From an uncultured Gemmatimonadales bacterium (GTDB lineage Bacteria > Gemmatimonadota > Gemmatimonadetes > Gemmatimonadales > GWC2-71-9): a DNA stretch of 64,000 bases. Positions 1 through 12,133 of the stretch are shown here, piece by piece. Position numbers and translations under genes: made by a program. The notes under the pieces were generated by a model. It searched no databases. It was given only the letters and a program-made list of their open reading frames with translations, and had not been told where the DNA came from. The stretch is taken from positions 1,200,012 through 1,264,011 of the forward strand of contig CAWGED010000005.1 of assembly GCA_963821525.1 (NCBI GenBank), read 5' to 3'. Position 1 is the first letter of the stretch, and every line of letters starts with the position of its first letter.

Positions 1-1364
1 AAGCGAGCACAACCCGGCGAAGCGCGCCTCCGACCCGAACACCTCGCGGACGCGGTATCCAGGACGACATTCGGAGCGCCGGGCCATACGGCGCTCCGGC
101 TGAGGCGAAGCCGGGTGGCCGGCTGGGTCGAGGGAATGCTGTCGCCGCCCGGATAGTAGAGCGGCTTTCCATCATCGCTGGTCTGGTCATCGGCGATCGC
201 CGTAATACTCGAGCCCTGCTCGCCAGCTCCCCGGACGATGAGCCAGACCGGTCGGGGGCGTCGCAGAACGGGGAGCACGGCACGGTCGGCACCGAGAACT
301 TCTCCCGAGTCGGACGCTGGAAGCCGGGTGACGATCGAAGCCGACCAGAGCGTCGGCGGATTCGGCATGCGAGGAGCCGCATCCGGACGATCGCTGGTCG
401 AGTCCCGCAAGCCGGTGAGACCGTAGGCCAGCGCCTCGAGCCGGCGCCGATCCATCTGGTCAACCGGCGAGGGGCGAGCGCCGGCCAGCAACGCCGGGAA
501 AACATGGTGCCCGACCAGCGACACAGTGATGAGGACACCCCAGCCAGCGGCCATCAGCACGTGATTGGCGCGCCAGGCCCAGACCAACGAGAGTGCCGCG
601 GTCATGAGCGCCACACCCGCCAGGATCTGGGTGGTTATCCGCTGATAATTGAAGAGGCCCAGCTGAGTGCCGCCCCCGATTCCAGAGACCAGCTCGTACG
701 GCTCGAGCAGATATCCCCAGACGAGGCACAGCGCCAACGCCGCCAGCAGCATGCCGAGGTGCACCCGGGCATGACTATTCAGGGCGAGGTGGCTGTCGGT
801 CCACCGCACGGCCCCGATCACGACATAGAGGGTGAGCACTCCTCCCAGGCCCAGGAGCACCAGGAGTAACGCGTGCCCGTGCAACGATCGCCAGAGTGGA
901 AGCTGGGCGAGGTACAATCCGAGATCGTGACCGAGCAGCGGCTCGGTTTCTCCGTAGCGCACGCCAGTCCAGGCCAGCGCCAGCGTCGGAGTCCAATCGC
1001 TCAGTCCTCTCCCGACGATGAAACCCAGCAAGGCTCCACTCGCGACACCGCCGAATATCAGGACTCGGGTATTGAGCGCCTCACGAATCTCGAGATTGGC
1101 AAGCTGCCGGGGGACCTGAACCGATCCGATGGCGCGGAAGACGATCAGCAGGTGGCCGATGAACCAGGCACAGGCGATCAGGACGCCGCCCGCCTCGAGG
1201 GTAAAGCGAAGAAGATTCCAGTCCATCACGAAGCGGGAAGCCTCGGGCGAGACCAGCTCGGCCCACCACCGATCGGCGAGGAGTGCGGCTCCCCAGCGTC
1301 CCACGAAGAGCAGGATGACGAGCGCCGAGAGGCTCAGCGCGATCGTGACCCCGCGGCGGCTCAT
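1..1364 (-). CDS. UPF0182 family membrane protein (runs off the left edge)
   Basis: Hand translation from ATG 1364 (ATGA overlap with the PMM stop): MSRRGVTIALSLSALVILLFVGRW..., several TM helices, motif YGETEPLLGHDLGLYLAQLPLW resembling UPF0182 'FG..DP.FG.DI.FY.F.LP'. Absent from the ORF track, probably because no stop lies in the window. Confidence 0.7.
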   Translation of the reverse strand, partial: MSRRGVTIALSLSALVILLFVGRWGAALLADRWWAELVSPEASRFVMDWNLLRFTLEAGGVLIACAWFIGHLLIVFRAIGSVQVPRQLANLEIREALNTRVLIFGGVASGALLGFIVGRGLSDWTPTLALAWTGVRYGETEPLLGHDLGLYLAQLPLWRSLHGHALLLVLLGLGGVLTLYVVIGAVRWTDSHLALNSHARVHLGMLLAALALCLVWGYLLEPYELVSGIGGGTQLGLFNYQRITTQILAGVALMTAALSLVWAWRANHVLMAAGWGVLITVSLVGHHVFPALLAGARPSPVDQMDRRRLEALAYGLTGLRDSTSDRPDAAPRMPNPPTLWSASIVTRLPASDSGEVLGADRAVLPVLRRPRPVWLIVRGAGEQGSSITAIADDQTSDDGKPLYYPGGDSIPSTQPATRLRLSRSAVWPGAPNVVLDTASARCSGRRRASPGCAR

Positions 1365-2723
1365 ACCCTTCCTGCCAGCCAGCCCAGGACCTCGGCCTGG
1401 TATTCGTCGCGGGAGGCCGCGTCGCTGGCTTCGAACCGGAGCACCAGGACGGGTTGGGTATTGGAGGCGCGGATGAGTCCCCAGCCCTTGGGGAAGGTCA
1501 TGCGGACACCATCGATGTTGTTGACCGGATAGCGGGCCCCGAACCATTCGGCCGCGGCCTTCACCACCTCGAACTTGGTCTCATCCGGACAGTCCACCCG
1601 GATCTCGGGAGTCGCAAAGGTCCTGGGAATATCGGCCAGCAGCCGGCTGAGCCCGCCCGGTTCGGCAGACACGATCTCGAGCAGGCGCGCCGCAGCGAAG
1701 AGCGCGTCGTCGAACCCGAAGTAGTCGCCGCCGAAGAACATGTGGCCGCTCATCTCGCCGGCGAGCGGAGCGTCAAGCTCCTTCATCCGCGCCTTGATGA
1801 GCGAATGACCGGTCTTCCAGAGCTCGGGCCGGGCCCCTGCTTTCTTCAGCATCTGAGGAAGCACCTCGGAGCACTTTACGTCGAAGATGACCGGTACGCC
1901 CACCCCGAACCTGCGAACCGCGTCGCGGCCATAGAGCACGAGGAGCTGGTCCCCGTAGATGATCTGGCCCGACGTCATCCACCGCGCCGATGCGGTCGGC
2001 ATCACCATCGAACGCGATTCCCAGCTCGGCGCCGGTCCGGCGAACCTCGGCTTGAAGATCGGCGAGATTCTCCGGAACGGTGGGATCGGGATGGTGATTG
2101 GGGAAGGTTCCGTCGGATTCGCAGAAGAGCGGCGTCACTTCGGCGCCGAGCGTCCTCAGGGTCGAAACCGCGATCAGGCTGCCGACTCCGTTGCCACAAT
2201 CCACCACGACATGCACCGGACGTTCGAGCCGGTTGCGCTCGACGATGGCCTCGCGGTAGGAGGGGAGGACGGAGGTGTCGTGTCGCTCGCTGCCCCGCCC
2301 CGTCCGCCAGGTCTCGCCAGAAATGATGTCGTAGAGCGCGCCGATACCGTCGCCGTGCAGCGACTCTCCGGCGAGCACCATCTTGAAGCCGTTGAACTCG
2401 GGAGGATTGTGGGAGCCGGTGACCTGGAGTCCGCCGTCGGTCTTCAGGGCATGAACCGCGAAGTAGAGCGCCGGCGTGGGCAACATTCCCACATCGACGG
2501 CCGTCGCCCCCGTCTGGGCAATGCCGGAACGGACCGCGGCAGCGAGACTCTCGCCTGAAGGACGATTGTCCCGGCCCACCGCGAGAACCGGGGGACGTCC
2601 CAGGCGATCCCAGGCCGCGGTGGCATACGCGCGCCCAAGGGCGAGGGCAAAGTCGGACGTCAGTTCCTCATCGACCAACCCCCGGATGTCGTATTGGCGG
2701 AAAATGGAGCGTGGGGCCTGCAC
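1361..2723 (-). CDS. phosphomannomutase/phosphoglucomutase (frameshift near 1970)
   Basis: IFRQYDIRG, VTGSHNP, FDGDADR, GEMSGH and RASNTQP motifs, split over ORFs 1773..4043 and 1361..2008. GTG start at 2723 with GGAG upstream. Confidence 0.92.
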
Positions 2724-2731
2724 GCCCGCTC

Positions 2732-4244
2732 CTAGCGGCCGGCTACCGCGGAGGCAGCGCCATTCAACAGCGACGCCGCACTGGCTCCCGCGGCGTTGAG
2801 GAGTTCGGTGGGCCAGACTCCGAACACGAGCGTCGCGATGATGGCGATCGTGACCGTGGCTGCGGCGGCGGGTGCAAGCTTCACCGAGTAGTAGACGAGT
2901 GGCGCCCGGGCGGGACGCATGTACATCGCCATGATCACCGGAAGGTAGTATCCCGCCGATACCACCGTGGTCAGGACCAGCACCACCGCGAGCGCGGCGT
3001 TCTTCTCTGCGATCACGGCGGAGAGGATGTACCACTTGCCGATGAACCCGAGGGTTCCGGGGAAGCCCAGCAGGGAGAGCATGCAGACCGCGAGGCCGAA
3101 GGCAAGCCAGGGCCGACTCTGTGCCAGCCCGGAGATCTCGGCCAGTGTAACGTCTCGCTCTCCACCGGTGCCCAGGGCGCTCAGGATCCCGAACGCGGCG
3201 AACGTGGTGACGCCGTAGGCGATGAGATAGAGCAACAATGATGCGGTGCCGAGCGGGCTCCCGGGCCAGAGTGCGACCAGGAGATACCCGGCGTGGGCGA
3301 CCGAGCTGTACGCCAGCAGCCGCTTGAGCGATCGTCTGGTTGAGTGCCACCAGATTACCCAAAACCATCGTCACCACCGCGAGCACCCAGATCACCGGCC
3401 GCCATTGAGGCGCGGCCTGAGGGAAGCAGGACAGCAGCACGCGGGCGAACGCGACGAACGCCGCCGCCTTGACTCCCGTCGCCATGAAACCGGTGACCGG
3501 AGTAGGCGCTCCCTCGTAAACGTCCGGAGTCCACATGTGGAACGGGACCGCTGCCACCTTGAAGCCGAACCCGATCAGGAGCAGGCCCATCCCGAGCAGA
3601 CCCATCACCGGGATCGGGCGATCGGCGAACTGAGCCCCGATCAGCGCCAGATTGGTGCTGCCGGTGGAGCCGTACAGCAAGGCGATCCCGTAGAGCAGGA
3701 ACCCGGAGGCGAAGGCGCCGATGAGGAAGTATTTGAGGCCGGCTTCGGATGAGGCAGGGCTCCTCCGGTCATAGCCGGCGAGCACGTAGACCGCCATGGA
3801 CATCGTCTCCAGCGCGAGGAAGAAGACGATGAGGTCCTGCGAGGCGGTCATGAACATCAGGCCGACGGTCCCGAGCAGCAGCAGCACGTAGTACTCGGGC
3901 GCGGTGATTCCCTCGCGCTCCAGGTAGCCGATCGAGAGCAGCGTGCTGGCGAGAGCGAGCACGAGCACCAAGGCCGACGACAGATAGCGGAATCCGTCCA
4001 TGGCGATCATGAACGGCAGGCCTTCGCTCTCGAACTGCTGCATGGCCAGCCACGCCAGCGCCGCCCCGGTCAGCGATCAGCGAGGCGACGCTGAGCCAGC
4101 CGGCGAGACGGCTGTCCGCCGGCGGTCTCGTGGCGCCAGCTCACGACCAGCAGCACCAGCATCGCGCAGATCGAGAGTACGATCTCCGGGAGTGAGGGAG
4201 AGCGTTATCCCGAGCGGTGAGGTGAGATCGAGCACCGGGTTCAT
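2732..4244 (-). CDS. nuoN: NADH-quinone oxidoreductase subunit N (frameshifted)
   Basis: EAGLKYFLIGAFAS, FKVAAVPFHMWTPDVYEGAP and LSLLGFPGTLGFIGKW in different frames; last gene of the nuo operon. Confidence 0.93.
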
Positions 4245-5806
4245 CGATCGCGCTCCGCGCGGATCTCTTCCCTCGGTGCGGAGTAGCGGTCCCTGCCCGG
4301 CTGAGTCAGCTCGACGTAGCGCTTCGAGGCAGCCTCCATGCGGCTCAGCACCGGCTTGGGATAGAGGCCGAGCCAGACCATGCCGAAGATCAGGGGGAGC
4401 ATCACCGACAGCTCGCGCGGAGTCAGGTCGGACAGGTGCTCGTTGTCGGGATTATCGAGCTTGTTGAAGAAGATCCGCTGCACCGCGGGCAGCAGATACA
4501 CCGCGGCGAAGATCACGCCGGTCGTGGCAAGGCCGGTCGCCAGGGGATGGCGGGCGAAGCTGCCGAGCAGCACCAGGAACTCGCCCACGAAGCCGTTCAG
4601 GCCCGGGAGTCCGATCGAGGCGAGCGAGGTCACGACGAAGATGAGGCTGCAGCACCGGCACCACACGGGCGAGCCCGCCGTAGGCGGCGATCTCCCTCGT
4701 GTGGCGCCGCTCGTACAGCATGCCGATCAGGAAGAACAGCGCGCCGGTGGAGAGGCCGTGACCGATCATGATCATCAGCGCGCCCTGCACGCTCTGGAGC
4801 GAACCGGCCCAGATGCCGAGCATCACGAATCCGAGGTGGCTCACCGAGGAATAGGCCACGAGCTTCTTCACATCCGGCTGCACCATGGCGACGAGGGCGC
4901 CATAGATGATGCCTACCACCGCCGAGACCAGCACGATCGTCGTGACGACGGGGCTCAGTGCCACCTCGGGGAAGAACGGGCACGGCAAACCGAAGGAAGC
5001 CGTAGGTCCCCATCTTGAGCAGGATGCTGGCCAGGATCACGCTGCCCGCGGTGGGCGCCTCAACGTGCGCGTCGGGGAGCCAGGTGTGGAACGGGAACAT
5101 CGGCACTTTGATCGCGAAGGCCAGGGCGAAGGCCGCGAAGAGCCAGGGAGCCAGGGTTCCCAGCTGTGGCGCGTGCTCCAGCAGGTCGGCGTAGGCGAAC
5201 GAAACCGTTCCGGTGCTCTCGGCCACCTTCCATACCATGACCAGGATCGCCACGAGCATGAGGAGCGAGCCGAGGAAGGTGTAGATGAAGAACTTGATGG
5301 CCGCGTAGAGCCGGTTCTTCCCGCCCCAGACCCCGATGATGAAGTACATCGGGATCAGCATCACTTCCCAGAACACGTAGAAAACGAAGAGATCGAGCGC
5401 GAGGAATACCCCGAGCATGCCCGTCGTCAGGAGTGAGCATGAGAGCGTAGTATCCCCGCTCTCGTTCGGTGATGTAGTTCCAGCTTCCGAGCACTGCGAG
5501 CGGCATGAGCCCGGTGGAAAGCAGGACCATGAAGAGGGAGATGCCGTCGAGGCCGACCCGGTAGTTGATTCCCCATTGCGGGAGCCAGGGCGCCACGACT
5601 CCGAACTGGATCGCGCCTGAGGTCGGATCGAAGGCCCACCAGAGTCCAGCAGAGAGCAGGAACTCCAGAATGGTGACCACGAGGGCGATGTGCTTGGCGC
5701 TCCTGGACGGCGCCAGCAGCACCGGCAGCACGCCAACCAGCGGCAGCACCAGCAGCGCGGTCAGGATCCAGGTCTGGTAGTTCAGTCCGAACAGGAAGTC
5801 TTGCAT
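4241..5806 (-). CDS. nuoM: NADH-quinone oxidoreductase subunit M (frameshifted)
   Basis: [46 protein letters not shown] and [13 protein letters not shown] across four ORFs. Confidence 0.95.
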
Positions 5807-5831
5807 GGCCCGCGAGTTGAAGGTTCTGTCT

Positions 5832-7879
5832 CTACCACACCAGCCGGCCCAACACGTACAGCGCCCCGACCACGAACACGGCCACGTAGACGCCCACCTG
5901 GCCAGTCTGCAGCCGGCCGCCGAGCCAGCCCAGTGCTCGCATCAGGCCGGCGGATCCATTCACCGCGGCGCCATCGATCAGGCCCTGGTCCACCTTCCGC
6001 CAGAGGACGACTCGAGAGATCGTCATCAACGGGCGAACGATGATCGCATCGTAGACCTCGTCGATGTAGTACTTGTGGTAGAGCACCTTCCAGAATCCCT
6101 GGTCCGGTGCCGCCTCGTGGGCCGGGACGATGGCGCGGCCGAGGGTGCTTCGATAACCCCAGACCAATCCGATGATGGCAATGGCTATGGCGATACCGAT
6201 GAGGGTCATCTCGGTCGAGCCATGAGGCAACACGGGCTCGCCCACGAGCTGGGTTGCCTTGCTGGTGACCGGTTCGAGCCAGTGGTGCAGCAGCTCGGTC
6301 GGACCCAGCGCCCTGGCGAACTCGGGAAGATTGAGCCAGCCCCCGGCCAGGCTGAGCAGTCCCAGGACCACCAGGGGCCCGGTCATGATCCAGGGCGCCT
6401 CGTGCAGGTGCTCCTTCTCTTTGGTGCCGGTCCGATTCTCCCCGTGGAAGGTCATCGCCATGAGCCGCGCCATGTAGAACGCGGTGATCAAGGCGGCCGT
6501 CGCTCCCATCGCCCAGAAGACCCGGAAAATCGGCTCGTGCTCGCCGCGGCCAAAGGCGAAGGCCAGGATTTCATCCTTGGAGAAGAAACCGGCGAAGGGA
6601 GGAATCCCGGCGATCGCGAGGGTCGCGATCCACATCAGCACCCAGGTCACCGGGAGATGGTGGCGCAGCCCGCCCATGTTGCGCATGTCCTGCGCGTCCT
6701 CGTGTGAGTGGGTGGCGTGATACGCGTGGTGCATCGCGTGGATCACGCTTCCCGAACCGAGGAAGAGCAGCGCCTTGAAGAAGGCGTGGGTCGCGAGGTG
6801 GAAGATGCCGGCGGTGATGGCGCCGGTCCCCACGCCCAGGAACATGTAGCCGAGCTGGGAGACGGTGGAGTACGCCAGGACGCGCTTGATGTCGTACTGG
6901 CGGAGACCGATCGTGGCGGCGAAGAGCGCCGTGAGCGCGCCGACGCCGGCGACGACGGTCTGGCTCACCGGCGCCAGCGCGAACAGCACATTGGCCCGCG
7001 CGACGAGATACACGCCGGCGGTCACCATCGTGGCGGCGTGGATCAGGGCGGAGACCGGCGTGGGACCGGCCATCGCGTCGGGCAGCCAGGTATAGAGCGG
7101 GATCTGGGCCGACTTGCCGGTGCAGCCGAGGAAGAGGAACAAGGTGATCGCGGTTACCAGCGCGCCGCCCGCGGGCAGGACCTCGCCCGCACGGCTGAAC
7201 ACGTCGGTGAAGTTCAGGCTCCCGAACGCCTGCCAGATCAGGAACATGGCGATCAGGAAGCCGAAGTCGCCGATCCGGTTCACGATGAAGGCCTTCTTGC
7301 CCGCGTCGGCATTGGCCTTTTCGGAGAACCAGAAGCCGATCAGGAGGTAGGAGCAGAGGCCGACGCCTTCCCACCCGATGAACATCATCGGGAAGCTGGC
7401 GCCCAGCACCAGCACCAGCATGAATGCGACAAACAGGTTGAGGTACGCGAAGTACCTCGGGTAGCCGTCGTCCGCCTTCATGTACCCGATGCTGAAGAGG
7501 TGGATCAGGCTTCCCACGCCTGTCACCACCAGCAGCATCACCATCGACAGATGATCGAGCAGGAAAGAGAAGTCGACCTTCAAGTCGCCGACCGGGAGCC
7601 AGCTCCAGAAGGTGATGATCGGCGAGGCTTCGGGGTCGGCCTGCCATGCCGGCGCCAGTTGCCGGAAGGCGACGAGTGCGGTGGCGAATGCGCCGAGGAG
7701 TACCCCGGCGCCAATGATGGAGACCGCCGCCTTGGCTCGAGGCTGCCAGAGGGAGAGCGCTCCGTTGAGCAGGAACCCCAGGAGCGGCAGCCCCAGGATC
7801 AGGCCGACCAGGAGGTTCAGATTTTCCGGCAGCGCCGTCTCCGGCCCCTGCCCAAGAACGACAGAAGATCCAGGTGCAT
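5832..7879 (-). CDS. nuoL: NADH-quinone oxidoreductase subunit L (N-terminal frameshift)
   Basis: GKSAQIPLYTWLPDAMAGPTPVSALIHAATMV and HAFFKALLFLGSGSVIH. Start ATG overlaps the nuoK stop. Confidence 0.95.
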
Positions 7880-8175
7880 CAGCCCCTGAGCAGGTTGACG
7901 TTTCCGAGATCCACCGAGCGGTGGTGCCGGAACATGGCGATGATGATCGCGAGCCCTACCGCAGCCTCCGCGGCGGCGACCGTCATGACGAAGAAGACGA
8001 TGACCTGGCCGCCCAGACCGTGGGCCTGCGCCAGGGCGATGAAACTCAGGTTCACGGCATTGAGCATGAGCTCGATGCACATGAACAACACGATCGCGTT
8101 ACGCCGAAGCAGCACCCCGGCGACACCGATGGTGAAGAGAATGGCCGAAAGGCCCAGCGCCTGACCGAGCAGCAT
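7879..8175 (-). CDS. nuoK: NADH-quinone oxidoreductase subunit K
   Basis: [20 protein letters not shown] and [10 protein letters not shown]. Confidence 0.97.
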   Translation of the reverse strand: MLLGQALGLSAILFTIGVAGVLLRRNAIVLFMCIELMLNAVNLSFIALAQAHGLGGQVIVFFVMTVAAAEAAVGLAIIIAMFRHHRSVDLGNVNLLRG

Positions 8176-8732
8176 CAGACCCTCCGTTTAGCCAGCACGA
8201 CGGCGCCGACGATCGCGGTGAGCAGGAGTATCGAGGTGAGCTCGAACGGGATCAGGTACGTCTGGAACAGGGGAGCCGCGATTGCCCCGGTAACCCCCTG
8301 CGTCTGAACGGCGGCGGCAGCGGTCTTCCCCGCGTCGAATACCATCGAGGGATCGGCCAGCCGGCTCGAACCGGTGTACTCCAGTGCCAGCCGTTCCGCG
8401 CTGTAGTGGGGCAACGCGGCCAGCTCGGCCAGCAGCAGGACGACGACTCCGGCGGCCAGGATCCAGACCGGCCAGCGCTTGAGGTCGGATTCCCCGCGGC
8501 CGAGGTTCAGCAGCATGATGACGAACAGGAAGAGCACCATGACCGCGCCGGCGTACACCAGGACCTGGATGATCCCGATGAACTGGGCATTGAGCAGCAC
8601 GTAGATGCCCGCCAGGCAAAGCATGGTGGAGATCAGCCAGAAGGCGGAAGCGATCGGATTGCGCTGGGTCACGCAGAGGAGCGCCGATAGCACCGCCACC
8701 GTGGCGAACAGGTAGAAGACCGCCTCGGTCAT
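8175..8732 (-). CDS. nuoJ: NADH-quinone oxidoreductase subunit J
   Basis: [19 protein letters not shown] and [10 protein letters not shown]. Confidence 0.96.
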   Translation of the reverse strand: MTEAVFYLFATVAVLSALLCVTQRNPIASAFWLISTMLCLAGIYVLLNAQFIGIIQVLVYAGAVMVLFLFVIMLLNLGRGESDLKRWPVWILAAGVVVLLLAELAALPHYSAERLALEYTGSSRLADPSMVFDAGKTAAAAVQTQGVTGAIAAPLFQTYLIPFELTSILLLTAIVGAVVLAKRRV

Positions 8733-9240
8733 CTATTCACCCTTGGGATCGGTGGGATCCCACAGCGTCGAGACGCTGTGTGTCTGGGAAGAGAGCCGCT
8801 CGAGGTCGTACACGAAACGATCCCGGCTGTATTCGGAATTCTCGAAGTGCACCCCGACGTGAATGGCCTCCTCGGGGCAGACTTCCTGGCAATACCCGCA
8901 AAAGACGCAGCGGAACTCGTCGATCTCGTAGATCAGCGGGTACCGGTTCCCCTCCTCGTCCTCGCCGGGCACCAGCTTGATGCAATTGGCCGGGCAAATC
9001 TGGGGACAGAGTCCGCACGCGACGCACTTCGACCGGCCTTGCTCATCGGTGAGCATCCGGTGGGTGCCGCGCCAGCGCGGGGAAATCGTGTAGTCCGCGG
9101 TGCTCTTCGCCTCCGGGTACTCCATCGTCACCTTGGGCTCGAAGAGCTTCCTGAACGTGAGCCCCATGCCCTTGAGCGCGGCCCGGACGTAGCTGACCTC
9201 GGCTCTCCGGGCGCTTCAGCACCTTCACCCCGATCGTCAT
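8733..9240 (-). CDS. nuoI: NADH-quinone oxidoreductase subunit I (frameshift near 9200)
   Basis: Two 4Fe-4S motifs, CVACGLCPQICP and CVFCGYCQEVCP; probable start MTIGVKVLKRP at 9240. Confidence 0.95.
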
Positions 9241-10479
9241 GCCGCCTCCTCCACACCCGCGTTTACCCGGGGAGCTGGGGCCCGACGCGCCGCCGAGCCG
9301 CTGACCAGGCGCCCGCGGTCGAGCACCAGGAAAACCAGGAACATCGAGGGGAAGATTGAGCAGGAAGAGCACACCCATCTTGACGGTCGGGGAGCTACCG
9401 CTCAACAAGGTATCCACGCCGTAGATCCCGAGACCCACGAGCATCACATAGGCGAGGCCGATCGGCATCAGCACCTTCCAGCCCAGCGACATCAGCTGGT
9501 CATAGCGGAACCGGGGCAGCGTCCACCGGACCCAGATGAAGACGAAGAGGAAGAAGAAGGTCTTGAGGAACATCACGACGCCGGTCGCCAGCGTCTGGAG
9601 CAGGCCGCCGGCTTCATCCCAGTGTCCCGGGAGATCCCAGCCGCCGAAGAAGAGCACCACCATCATCGCGGAGGCGGTGATCATGTTGGCATACTCGGCG
9701 ATGAAGAAGAGCGAGAATTTCATCGCACTGTATTCGGTGTGATATCCCGCGACCAGCTCGGACTCGGCCTCGGGCAGATCGAACGGGACCCGGTTGGTCT
9801 CCGCGAAGGCCGACACCATGAACATGAAGAAGGAAAGGAAGAGCGGGAGCACGAACCAGAGTCCTGCCTGCTGCCGTGCGATGATTTCGTGGAACGAGAC
9901 GTTCCCGGTGATCAACACCACCGGGATCAGGCTCAGGCTCATCGCGACTTCGTAGGAGACCATCTGGGCGCTGGCCCGGAGCCCGCCGAGCAGGCTGTAC
10001 TTGTTGTTGGAGGACCATCCGGCCAGAGCGATGCCGTAGACCCCCATCGATCCGATGGCGATGACGAACAGGAATCCGATGGGAAGATCGGCTACCGCAA
10101 TCGGCATGAGCCCGTGATGCACCCAGCGGCCCAGAAGCGGCAGGGAGAAGTCGAAGTCGACCGGCAGCGGCGCGGCCCAGGGCAGGACCAGCGACATCAT
10201 CGTCGCGGGAATCAGGGATAGTGCCGGCGCCAGCACGAAGAGGATCTTGTTCGAGTCGGCGGGGAACGTCTCTTCTTTGAGGATGTTCTTGAGCCCGTCG
10301 GCGAGCGGCTGGAACCACCCGTTGGGTCCCACCCGGTTGGGGCCCAGGCGGTACTGCATCCACGCGCAGACCTTGCGTTCCACCAGCGTCAGGTATGCCA
10401 CGCTGATCAGGGTAATGGTAAAGATGGCGAGCAGCTTCACCACCGTGAGGAGCAGGAAGCCCTTCATTTCGGGAGTCAT
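9237..10479 (-). CDS. nuoH: NADH-quinone oxidoreductase subunit H (C-terminal frameshift)
   Basis: RLGPNRVGP, AETNRVPFDLPEAESELV and RWTLPRFRYDQLM. Confidence 0.96.
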
Positions 10480-12047
10480 GAGGTGGCTCCCGCCGCTACC
10501 GGCTTCTCAGCGACCCGGCCGGTGAAGCCGAGTCCGGCGAAGGTGAGCCCATTCAGGGCAGGCACGCTCGCCGCGATCAGGTCAAACGCAGCCGACACAC
10601 CAGAGGGAGCCGGCTTTCCCGATATCAGCGCAAGAGCCGATGCCGCAACCCACCAGGCCGGTTGCGCCATACCGGGGCTCGATTTGGCCTGGTCATAGCG
10701 CTGAACCCGACGGTCGCGGTTCACGAAGGTGCCGATTTCCTCGGCCACGTTGGTGACGGGGAGGACGACGGAAGCACCGGCCAGTTCCTGCGACTGCACC
10801 GTTCCGAAGACCACGACCGTGTTAGCCTTGCTCACCTGGGCCGCTTCAGCCTCGGTAAGCTCCACATCGAGCAGGACGACGAGCGACGCGCTCGATGCGG
10901 CCTTGAGCGCCGCACTCCATTCCGTGCTGTAGCCCAGAATCCGCGCGCCTTCCCCATTGGGCGCCCGCTCCTTTCGCAGCGCCAGATTGGGCACGCCCTT
11001 GAGCGGTGCTTCGTCTCCCTGGGGCAGCTGCACCGCGGCGGTGAGCTTGGTTCCCTCGAGCAAACGCTTGACCATGCCCAGGGATTCGGTCGAGGCGCGG
11101 CCCGAGGCGAGCAACACCGCCGACCCGCCCTGACGGACCGCTTTCACGACGCGGGCCAGGGCCTGATCCCAGTCGGTGGCCACCAGCCGCTGGCCCTCGC
11201 GAACCAGGGGCGCCTCGATCCGGTCGCCCCGGTTCATCCAGCGGTAGTTCATCCGGCCGTGATCGCAGATGAAGTGGCGATTCACCTCGAGGTTCGGCCG
11301 CGGCCGTAGACGCACGACCGCCGCATCACGGGTATCGATCAGGATGTTGCACCCCTGACTGCATCCGGTGCAGACGCTGGCCGTCTTGTCCAGATCCCAG
11401 GCCCGAGCCTTGTGCAGGAAGTCCTTCGAGATGAGCGATCCGACCGGGCAGAGATCCACCACGTTGCCGGCCCACGGATGGTCCAGCTCGTGGTCGGGAT
11501 CGATGCCGATGAAGGCCCGGTCTCCCCGTTCCGAAACGTTGAGGACCGCCTCGCCCGCAACGTCGTCCATGAACCGCACGCAACGGGTGCAGAGGATGCA
11601 CCGGTTGGCGACGTAGAGCACATCGGGGCCGAATTCTTCGACCGGATTGTACCGCTTGGCGTATTCGCTGTACCGGGTGCCGGCCCGGCCTTCCTGGAAG
11701 ACGTAGTTCTGCAGCTCGCACTCGCCGGCCTGATCGCAGATGGGACAGTCGAGCGGATGGTTGATCAGCAGCAGCTCGAGCACTCCCTCGCGCGCCTTCT
11801 TGGCCTGCTCGCTGTCCACGTGGACGACCTGGCCCTCGGCCACAGTGGTTACGCAGGCCGGCATGAGCTTGGGCGCCTTCTCCACCTCGACCAGGCACAT
11901 GCGGCACACCGCCGGGGATGGCAACGACGGGTGGTAGCAGTAGTGGGGGATCAGCACCCCAGCCTGCTTGGCGGCCTCGATGATGGTCGTCCCCTTGGGG
12001 ACGGCCAGGGTGAGGCCGTTGATGGTGACGTTGACGTTTTCGGTCAT
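10476..12047 (-). CDS. nuoG: NADH-quinone oxidoreductase subunit G (short, 523 aa)
   Basis: CYHP..CRMC, HPLDCPICDQAGECELQ, CILCTRC and CTGCSQGC Fe-S motifs. Confidence 0.93.
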   Translation of the reverse strand: MTENVNVTINGLTLAVPKGTTIIEAAKQAGVLIPHYCYHPSLPSPAVCRMCLVEVEKAPKLMPACVTTVAEGQVVHVDSEQAKKAREGVLELLLINHPLDCPICDQAGECELQNYVFQEGRAGTRYSEYAKRYNPVEEFGPDVLYVANRCILCTRCVRFMDDVAGEAVLNVSERGDRAFIGIDPDHELDHPWAGNVVDLCPVGSLISKDFLHKARAWDLDKTASVCTGCSQGCNILIDTRDAAVVRLRPRPNLEVNRHFICDHGRMNYRWMNRGDRIEAPLVREGQRLVATDWDQALARVVKAVRQGGSAVLLASGRASTESLGMVKRLLEGTKLTAAVQLPQGDEAPLKGVPNLALRKERAPNGEGARILGYSTEWSAALKAASSASLVVLLDVELTEAEAAQVSKANTVVVFGTVQSQELAGASVVLPVTNVAEEIGTFVNRDRRVQRYDQAKSSPGMAQPAWWVAASALALISGKPAPSGVSAAFDLIAASVPALNGLTFAGLGFTGRVAEKPVAAGATS

Positions 12048-12066
12048 AGTTCCAGGACAGAGCGAC

Positions 12067-12129
12067 TAGCTATTAGCTATTAGCAATTAGCTGTTAGCGA
12101 TTGGAGCTAATAGCTAACGGCTAACGGCT
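12067..12129. repeat. inverted heptamer tandem-repeat element (TAGCTAT-type)
   Basis: tagctat tagctat tagcaat tagctgt tagc ... gctaata gctaacg gctaacg gct, between nuoF and nuoG. Confidence 0.9.
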
Positions 12130-12133
12130 GCTT

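Noticed and set aside
1773..4043. 756-aa NuoN-phosphomannomutase fusion
   Set aside because: The middle section is off-frame nonsense; the NuoN C-terminus is in ORF 2732..3238.
2732..10479. Pseudogenised complex I
   Set aside because: The operon is complete with conserved motifs; scattered single indels fit sequencing error better.
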